Source: the human T2T-CHM13v2.0 reference genome, Homo sapiens | Reading direction: 5' to 3' (one strand) | DNA length: 64,000 nt | NCBI RefSeq assembly: GCF_009914755.1 | Contig: NC_060946.1 | Made by a program: the position numbers and the translations under genes | Shown here: positions 1-64,000 of the stretch, one piece after another | Numbering within the stretch: position 1 is the first letter of the stretch | Layout of the letters: each line of letters starts with the position of its first letter | Notes under the pieces: generated by a model | Told to the model about the DNA's origin: nothing | The model's input: the letters and a program-made list of their open reading frames with translations, nothing else | The model's database searches: none

Positions 1-1800
<1,800 letters not shown>

Positions 1801-1993
1801 GGTAAAATATGTTGCAAAAATATTAAATACAATTTACACTTCTATATTTTAAAAATTAAGCTGAAACAGGGATTAAGTTAGTATTCAAAATACATGCCAT
1901 CAGATCCAGTACACCTGCAAGGACAGGGTCACAGATTTGACTTTTAGCTTCTTAGCCACGGAAGGAAAGCGTTCAAAACAATCAGTTATATGA

Positions 1994-2098
<105 letters not shown>

Positions 2099-2126
2099 TG
2101 AGCTCAGAAGTTCAAGACAAGCCTGA

Positions 2127-2495
<369 letters not shown>

Positions 2496-4621
2496 TAATT
2501 AGCCCAGCCTGGTGGTGCAGGCCTGCAGTCCCAGCTACTCGGGAGGGTGAAGCAGGAGGATCACTTGAGACCAGGAGGTCAAGGTTACATGAGCTATTAT
2601 TGCACCACTGTACTCCAACCTGAGCAACAGAGTGAGACCTTGTCTCTTTAAAAAAAAAAAAAAAAAGAACAAAAATAACAAGTATTTTTTACATTTTGGA
2701 ATTGAGATATGAGAGAAATTCCCACACTGCACCACAGTTGAGGTAGTGGACAACCAAGTTCAGTCTACACACATTCCACTTGGCTGTTGCTTAAAAGGTC
2801 TTGTGATGTAACAACAAAGTAAACTTCAGTTGAAGCACCTTTATGAGAGGCAATGACACATGAATCGGACCCCACTGAAACCAGTAATAGGGATAAATGG
2901 ACATGCTGTTAGGGTATAAGACAGCCAAAAAATTTTCTCTCAGGATAGACATTACAGCCCTAATAACACACTTGATTCTTTGCTTTAGCCTAATAAGGAA
3001 AGCAGATTTCCAATCAGTGAGAGGAGTTCCCCTCCGCCAGCGATTTGGGAAACTGTTGGGAGTTGTGGTGGTAGCAGAACACAGGAGCAAGCCACTCAGG
3101 AGCTGGACAAGGGTGGTAGCAGTGGGGATGCAGAAAGGGGACATACTGGAGATGTGTTTTGTGGTGAGAAGTAGTTCAGATTCAGAACTTGCTCACAGAT
3201 TTGCAAGTAGGAGAAAGTGAAATCAAGGCTAATAGTTCCTAGGTTTTTGTTTATAATTTGGTTTTCTCTTGTGATTACATTCTTTCACTTCACAGTTTTT
3301 ATTGAGAGCCTGCTAAATGCCATGTTACATTCACGGTGCCTGATTACAGAGGTGGAGAAGATAAGGACCTGCTCTCGCTTGATTAAGAGCACGGATGCTG
3401 AAGCTAGTCTGCTTGGATTCAAATCCCAGCTCTGGGCTGAACATGCTGGCTAATGCCTATAATTCCAACACTATGGGAGGTAAAGGTGAGAGGATCACTT
3501 GAGCCCAGGAGTTCAAGAGCAACCTGGGCAACATAGTGAGACTGTCTATACAAAAAAAAAAAAGAAAAAGAAAAAGAAAAATTAACTGGGCATGGTGGCA
3601 CATGCCCATAGTCCCAGCTAGTGGGGAAGCTAAGGTGGGAGGATGGCTTGAGCCCTGGAGGTCAAGGCTGTAGTGAGCAATGAATGATCTTACCACTGCA
3701 CTCCAGCCTGGGTAATAGAGTGAGACCCCGTTTCAAAATATAAAAAATAAAAAATCCCAGCTCTGCCACTAACTAACTGTATGACCATGTGCAAGTTACT
3801 TAACCTACCAAGACTCAGTCTCCTCATCTGTAAAATGGGCATAATAAAAGTAGCCACCTTCTAGAGTAATAGGCCCGATTCTAAATGCCTAACAAGATTA
3901 AACATTAGCCAGGTGCGGGCTCCCACCTGTAATCCCAACAATTTAGGAGGCCAAGGCGAAAGCATTACCTGAGCCTAGGAGTTTGAGACCAGCCTGGGCA
4001 ACATGTCAAGGCCCTGTCTCTACAAAAAATACAAAAAACTAGCCAGGCATGGTGGTGCACACCTCTGGTCCCAGCTACTTGGGAGGCTGAGGTGGGAGGA
4101 TCACTTGAGCCCGGGAAGTGGGGGTTGACATATTCCAGCCTGGGCAACAGAGCAAGACCCTGTCTCAAAAAAAAAAGAAAGAAAAAGAAAAAGCATATTA
4201 AGTTTTAGCTATTACAATTTAAGGAGCTTTCATTCTAGTGAAGGGAAGCAGAAAATAAACTAGCACTAAATATTAGGTTATGGTAAGTTCAAAGAAGAAC
4301 ATTTAAAAAGGAGATATAGAGAACTTCATGAACTACTTCACTTAGGTGCTCCGGAGATGACATTTAATCTGAGACCTAAATAGCAAGGGGCCAGACATGA
4401 AAATATCTAGGAAAATAACATTCTGGAAAGAAACAATGAATGCAAACTCCCCAGGGCGAGAACAAGCTTAGCACATCCCAGGGACAGAAAAAAGGGTAAC
4501 AGCCGGGCGCAGTGGCTCATGCCTGTAATCCCAGCACTTTGGGAGGTCAAGGTGGGTGGATCATTTGAGGTCAGGAGTTAGAGACCAGCCTGGCCAACAT
4601 GGTGAAACCCTGTCTCTACTA

Positions 4622-4882
<261 letters not shown>

Positions 4883-4928
4883 CTAGTTGACAGATCAGTA
4901 GGTCCTGATAGGTCAAGGCAAGGAATTA

Positions 4929-4929
4929 G

Positions 4930-4980
<51 letters not shown>
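4929..4980 (+). repeat. (GAT)n microsatellite at an Alu tail
   Basis: Visible GATGAT... run. Confidence 0.95.
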
Positions 4981-6001
4981 ATCATTATTATTTTGTAGAT
5001 GGAGTCTCGCTGTGTCTCCCAGGCTGGAGTGCAGTGGCGCAATCTCAGCTCACTGCAACTCAAGTGATCTCCTGACCTCAAGTGATCCTCCTGCCTCTGC
5101 CTCCCAAAGTGCTAGGATTACAGGCGTGAGGCACTGCGCCTGGCCTTAGGTATTATTTTAAGCGCAATGAGGGGCTAGGGGAGCACTTTAAGAGAAGGGT
5201 GGCATGATTTGTCTTACATTTTAAATAAATCAGTCAGGCTGTTGTGTGGAGAATAGGTTTTAGGGTGGCAAGAAAGGAAGCAGAAAATTAGGAAGCTATT
5301 ATAGGACTGCAGGCAAGAAATGACAAGTGACTTCATCTGGGGTAGTAGGCGATGGACAGATCTGGGATGTGTCTTAGATATAGCATCGGCAAGACTTACA
5401 CTTTAACCTGAGCGCAGTGGCTCACACCTGTAATCTCAGCACTTTGAGAGGCAGAGGCAGGAGGATGGCTTGAGTCCAGGAGTCTAGAGACCTGCCTGAG
5501 CAACACAGTGAGACTCTGCATTTCTTAAAAATAAAAAAAAAAAAATTAGCTGAACGTGGTGGCATGCACCTGTGGTCCCAGTTACTCAGGAGGCTGAGGC
5601 AGGAGGCTCACTTGAGCCCAAGTCAAGGCTGAAGTGAGCCATGATCACACCACTGCACTCTAGCCTGGACAACAGTGAAACCCTCAAAATAAATAAACAA
5701 ACAAATAACTTCTGTCTTTCAAGTTTGTTGGGAGGATAAACAAGCTATAGGATAAGTGAAAAACACTTAGCCCCAGCACCTGACACATATCATAGGCAAA
5801 AGGGTAACAGCCGGCTTCTCTTCCCTTTCACAGTCCTATGGGGATTTTAAAAAAATAGCATCTCTTGGTATACTGTCAGTGTTTGTGGTGATGGACTACC
5901 ACCTGTGTAGACCTCTCAGCATGTATTAATAAATACATTCCTCAAAAACGGACATTTGGGAGCCGGGCATGGTGGCTCACGCCTGTAATCCCAGCACTTT
6001 A

Positions 6002-6310
<309 letters not shown>

Positions 6311-6852
6311 TTAACCTTATACATCCAGAAATAACATCACCAAATTAACTACCATTATTCTAAACATAAACAATTTTGGGTCTTTTAACTGATACTTCAA
6401 AATCCCTACTTACTTTTCTCATATTCCTTCCAATAATTTGTTAGGAGGTGGACCTGTCAATAGGAAGGACAAAAAATTATTATCACCAATACTCTCAAAG
6501 TAATCGTCACTTTGGGTAGAAACCCCAGTACACTCGGGGAATTTTCAGAATTCAATCAAGCCCATCCAACTGTCTCCAAGTTTTGACACTGCCTAAAGGA
6601 CTCCTCACAGTTGGTTTAGCCCAACCCAGTAAGAAACATTTAACAAATAATTAAAAGTGCTGTGCCAGGGTGGTTGTGTTGCCGAGATACGGTTGTTGGT
6701 AGCTGGGGAGTGGCAGGCAGATCCAGCCAAGAATTGTGCCCTAAGCCAGGAGCTCTGATGATGAAATCACAGGATGTTTGAGTTTGGGGCTTGATGGTCA
6801 TCCCAGGTGGTTTCCTATCGTGGAAAACATTTGATGTATAAGAGTAAGGCTC

Positions 6853-7479
<627 letters not shown>

Positions 7480-7899
7480 GAGTAAGGCTCTATTGCTACT
7501 CCCTGATTTAATAAACGTCTCTGGGACAAAATTTCTTCATCTGTAAAAAAGGTAAATAAAAAAAACGCTTACTTGGCAAGTTCATTGTGACGAATTATCT
7601 ACGACACCAGAATGGAAAGTGCTTTACAGATTGCAAAGCACTCCTTACACATGAGTAATTAGTGTTCACAGGTCCAGCCACTTTTGGGGAGGAGGAAAGT
7701 GTGGTCTTTTAGAGACCAAACGTCTTTCTAAAGTCCTGACAGCCAACGAAGGGCTCGGTGATCTCTGCGCTTCAAACTCTGCCCAATTCTCAAAGCCTGG
7801 TTTAAGTACACTTTTCCCTCAGCCTAAGGGAGTGGCCCAAGGGCAAACCGTCCCGGGTTCGTGTCCCACCTCTGCCTCAAAGATTACACCCTCTTAGGA

Positions 7900-8830
7900 C
7901 AGGTGCGTGTCCCTGGTGGCCTGGGCTGCCAGCTCGGGAAGGAGGAGGTGGCAACCGCACCCGGGCGGCCGAGTGCTTAATAATGGCAGTTGCCCTGCCA
8001 GCCCGGTCACCTGTCACTCCCTCCTCCGACTTCTCCCGCACCGCGGCCGCAATCCAGCCCGGACACTCTGAGGGCTCTCTCTGAGCTGGGCACGGTCCTC
8101 GCTGCTCGGCCGAGTGCAGCCCCCTCACCTCAGTGCGACTGAGACAAAGCAAGGGTCCCACCGGCCCCTGTCCCCTCCCTAAGGCGCGCCCTCAGGGCGG
8201 GAGACCCACCTCAGCCAGCCCCCCAGCTCAGTGGTCCAGAGGCTCGGGTCCCGCGCTGACGCCCAGCGCCTCCCTCCTCCACAGCCGTCACTGACCGCTC
8301 GCTCGCCTCTAGCCTGGACCCCGCTGTCCAGCAGTCCCGGCTGGCCCGCGCCGCGCTCCTCCCGCTCTGGCAGTCCTGGCACTGGTAGGACGCCCGCAGC
8401 CTTCCACCCTAGAGGGCGCCGGGCGGGCACGCGCTGGGGGCGACGGGGGTGGGGCGGGGGAGGCGGGGCGACGCAGCGCGGGGCGGCCGGCGGTTGGTGC
8501 TCGCAGCCCGCGTGCCCGCCTTCCCGGCCACGTGACCTTTGGGCCCCGCCCAGATCGGGAGTTCCGCACGGACTCTTGGTGCGACCCCGTCCCACTGAGC
8601 GCTCGGGTCGGGACCTTCCCGGTGTCCCTGTGGGGCAGAGTCCCGTTGTGCAGAAGAGGCGAGCTGAGGCACGGTGGCAGGCGGGGCGTCCAAGCAGTTA
8701 GCGCCGCGCCTGGCCGCTCGTCCGCGCGGGAAAGCGTTGTCTCCCTTCCTTCGGATGGAATTGGAACGGCAGCTCTCGTAGCGCCCGAACTGTGCGGTCC
8801 TTGAGTTCACTGCTGTACCCACAGTGCGCA
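7900..8830. promoter_or_regulatory. CpG island promoter (no protein-coding exon attached; likely EP300-AS1 TSS region)
   Basis: Dense CpG and GC; GC boxes GGGGCGGGG ~8451-8470; GTCACGTGG E-box 8528-8536; CTCF-like ACCCTAGAGGGCGC 8406-8419. Confidence 0.8.
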
Positions 8831-9179
8831 GAGCACAGGGGCACGCGGTACATTATTTGAATGAATAACTTTCTTATCCTGGCCTTTCTCTAACTCTCTC
8901 ACTTCTACTTGGGTCACCCGCCCCCTCCCCAGGAGTCTTATAAAACAACCAGGGGAAGAGGAAACAGAAGTGGCTCATATGGGTAAAAGCCCTCGTCCTG
9001 CAAATCAGTGACACAAGGGAGTTAGTCCATCCAATGTACAGTTTTAAAAAGATTGCTACGTAGAAAAATAATAGGATAGGGTAAGAGGAGAACCCAGCTA
9101 GGAGCTTCAGTGGGATCCAGGGTGTTGATATGATGGTGGTCTGGATTTAAGTGATGGCAGTAGGGATAAAAAGAAGTAA

Positions 9180-15954
<6,775 letters not shown>

Positions 15955-16300
15955 TCAATAACCGTTTAGGGAAGAATAACATCCAGTGAAGTCAAGAGGT
16001 TGGCGTAATTGGAACACTCGGCGTGAGGCGCACCAGGTTTCCAGCGCCCCTGGTTTCCACGTCGCTATGGTAACGACTCACCCTGCACACATGCGAACTA
16101 CAATTCCCATAACCGCCCGCGGCTTCCCCGCCCACAGGGAGAGAATGGCGGGAGCAGGCACGGAACCGGCTTTTCCTCCTTCCTGCAGCGTGATTGGCCC
16201 GCGGCTCAGGGAGGCGACCAATGAGTGCTCTCGCGGAGAGCGACGGGGCAGGCCAATATGGCTTCCTGCACCTGGTGACGCTTGGCGAAACTGAGGTCTC

Positions 16301-51821
<35,521 letters not shown>

Positions 51822-51829
51822 GCCGCCTG

Positions 51830-52130
51830 GAACTGCTGGTCCAGCCTGGAGGCGCAGCGCAGGGACAGGCTGTCCCCGCCTGGCAGGAGCCCCCCTCCAC
51901 GGCCCGCAGGCCTGGCAGCTGGGACAGGGCTGAATGGGAGGCATTGTCGGCAGACCAGGCAAGCCAGGCTTCCCCAGGCTGAGGTGAAGAAGGGGCGGGC
52001 GGCGGGCGGGAGCAGCGGCTGGAGTTACAGGGCCTCCTGCCTGCCCCAGCCGAGTACTGAGGCCCCGGCCTGAATCCTTGGGCCAGCCCGACAGGGAGGG
52101 GGCACCAGCAGCTGGCCCGGGAGTCAGCAG
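51830..52130 (-). promoter_or_regulatory. CHADL promoter/5'UTR
   Basis: GC-rich segment immediately upstream of the CHADL ATG, with stacked GGGCGG boxes at ~51992-52010. Confidence 0.6.
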
Positions 52131-52319
52131 TCCTGGGCTCCCTCCTGCCATGTGGGCTGCCCTCCCAGAGGCTGCTTCCTAGTCTCTGAAAAACACATCC
52201 CATTAATAAGTAGCTCTGAGGTCACAGTGGGGGTTCAGGCCCGCACCTGGCACACAGTGGGTGCTTCAGAACAGGTGACCCTTTCCTTCCGTTTGTGCTT
52301 ACACATTGACATAAATAGT

Positions 52320-56005
<3,686 letters not shown>

Positions 56006-56556
56006 TGCCAGCCCCACACCCACCCCCTACCGTATCAACTCACACAGAAGACAGGGGACAGGGCCAGCAGTATCCTCTGCCACCTGGTCACCTACGTGGC
56101 CGACTGCCAATGAGAAAATATTGCCCTCTAAGAAACCTTGGAGGGACTTCTTGGAGGCCGTTTGTGGGGGACATGGGCTCCCAAAGCACATACATGGTGT
56201 AGGGTAGGAGGTAAGGAAGGTTGGCTGGGCTGTCCTCACATATGTGGCAGTGGAGCAAAGGATCCCAAGGGAGGTGGCTTCCATAGTGAAGGAGCAACGC
56301 AGAAGCCAAGCGAGCTGCAGCCCAAAGGCAGGGTGCTGGGTGAGGTGTGGCCAGGCAGGAAAATGGGCCCCCACTCAGGACTGCCACTTCCCAGGTAGTG
56401 GCCTGAGGCCGAGGCCGGGCCCTTCTGCAGGGCTGACTGCCCCACAGACTGCTGCGGGGCCGCATGCTCTGCCGAGGTGGGACTCCACGTACAACGGCCC
56501 CCGAGACTATCCCGCTTTCAGTGAGAGTTTCTGAGTCTCTGAAGCTGCCACACGAC

Positions 56557-56562
56557 TTTATT
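56557..56562 (-). terminator. RANGAP1 poly(A) signal AATAAA
   Basis: TTTATT on + strand ~970 nt past the RANGAP1 stop. Confidence 0.8.
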
Positions 56563-57531
56563 TGTGAAGCCCCCGGGCACAGCCCAGACACACACAGAGC
56601 ACAAAGGGGAAAGCATGGGGCAGTCACGGGTGCTCAGGGAGGTCATACAGCATCTGCCCAGTCCAGACCCTACCGCTCCCCTGCCCCAGGAGGTCCTTTA
56701 AGAGCAGCGTCCAGATGCAGCTCGGACATTGGGGACCCTGCCTCTCCCTCCCCAGACTGGAGAACAGCTTTGGGTTGTCAACACTCCCCCTCCAGCCAGG
56801 CCAGTCACAGACGACATCTCAGCAGCCAGGAGAAGGCCCACTAGGTCCGGGGCCAGCGCAGTCCCAGCAGCTCCTGCTCCTGGACAATCTGGTGTCTGCC
56901 TGTCCACACGGTGTGGGGCCCAGGGTTGCCCTCTGCCAACAACCCCACGATCCGACCCCCACAGTCCCACCCATGGCATTCTCTGCTCTTCAGGCTGAGC
57001 GGTCAGCACAGTGGTATGGATGGTAGGGGTGACAGCTGCCGCAGGACCAGGGCTTGGTGACGAGAAGCAGCCCCAGGCAGGGCAGGAAACAACCCAATCA
57101 CAACACAGAGGGGAAGGACAGCACGCGGGCAACTCCTTGGGTTCTGGCTCCGCCAGGGAGCCGGGCCGGAAGGCAGGTGGGTGGGGACGGCCATCAGGGC
57201 CCAGGCGGAGATCAGCAGAGCGCCCTCAGGTGGAGGTGAGTTTAATGGCGGAGCAGCTCACAGCCCTTTCCCCTGGGGGCCAACTCCCCACAACAGAGCA
57301 GGGCTGGGCCAGCAGAAGACGTTAAAACCCAAATCCCGACAGGAGGCACAGACCTGCACATGCGCCACACCCACACACATACTCAGGGGACTGACAGGAC
57401 ACATGGGACACAGACCCGCCCTGCCTGTGGCCAGAGTCCTGTCCAAGGCAATGGCGTAGGCTGCGCCTCAGTTCATCCGAGTCCCTCCCCAGCTCACTGG
57501 TCCAGGCCAAGGGATGGGAGAGGCTTTGAGT

Positions 57532-63919
<6,388 letters not shown>

Positions 63920-63978
63920 CTGGGAAGTAGGGGCACAGAGGCTCTGGAGAATTCCGGACCCCAGACTCCCCGACACAG
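63920..63978 (-). ncRNA. MIR6889: microRNA hairpin, 5'-tailed mirtron ending at the RANGAP1 3' splice site
   Basis: Minus strand CUGUGUCGGGGAGUCUGGGGUCCGGAAUUCUCCAGAGCCUCUGUGCCCCUACUUCCCAG. GGGGAGU pairs with ACUUCCC, GGGGU with GCCCC, CGGA with UCUG; the 3' arm ends on the intron AG. Sequence recognised as mir-6889. Confidence 0.85.
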
Positions 63979-64000
63979 CTGTGCCCATCCCCACACCCAG

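Noticed and set aside
7877-8822. Overlapping ORFs in the CpG island
   Set aside because: Stop-poor GC-rich sequence; Pro/Arg/Gly-rich translations with no recognisable domain.

Overview
Human, very Alu-rich genomic DNA, recognised as the chr22q13.2 interval just distal to EP300. It contains the complete L3MBTL2 gene (+ strand, 17 exons, 705 aa, reconstructed with GT-AG junctions) and the complete CHADL gene (- strand, 6 exons, 762 aa). It also holds the last five coding exons and 3'UTR of RANGAP1 (-), the tailed mirtron MIR6889, an LRRC37-derived retrocopy, a CpG island at ~8 kb (probable EP300-AS1 promoter), and many Alu/L1/L2/MIR/MER5/MLT1 relics. Almost all ORFs in the supplied track are Alu or GC-rich noise. 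The most notable observations are four. (1) A ~105-bp non-Alu inverted duplication pairs the CHADL exon 3 donor region with the intron just upstream of exon 5; it could loop out exon 4 or hide the donor. (2) L3MBTL2 and CHADL have interdigitated 3' ends, and one AT-tract serves as both a splice acceptor tract and a poly(A) signal. (3) RANGAP1 exon 15 is phase-compatible with CHADL exon 2, allowing an in-frame read-through fusion. (4) The LRRC37 retrocopy appears to derive from an antisense polyadenylated RNA. Gene and repeat names come from recognition, not database searches.
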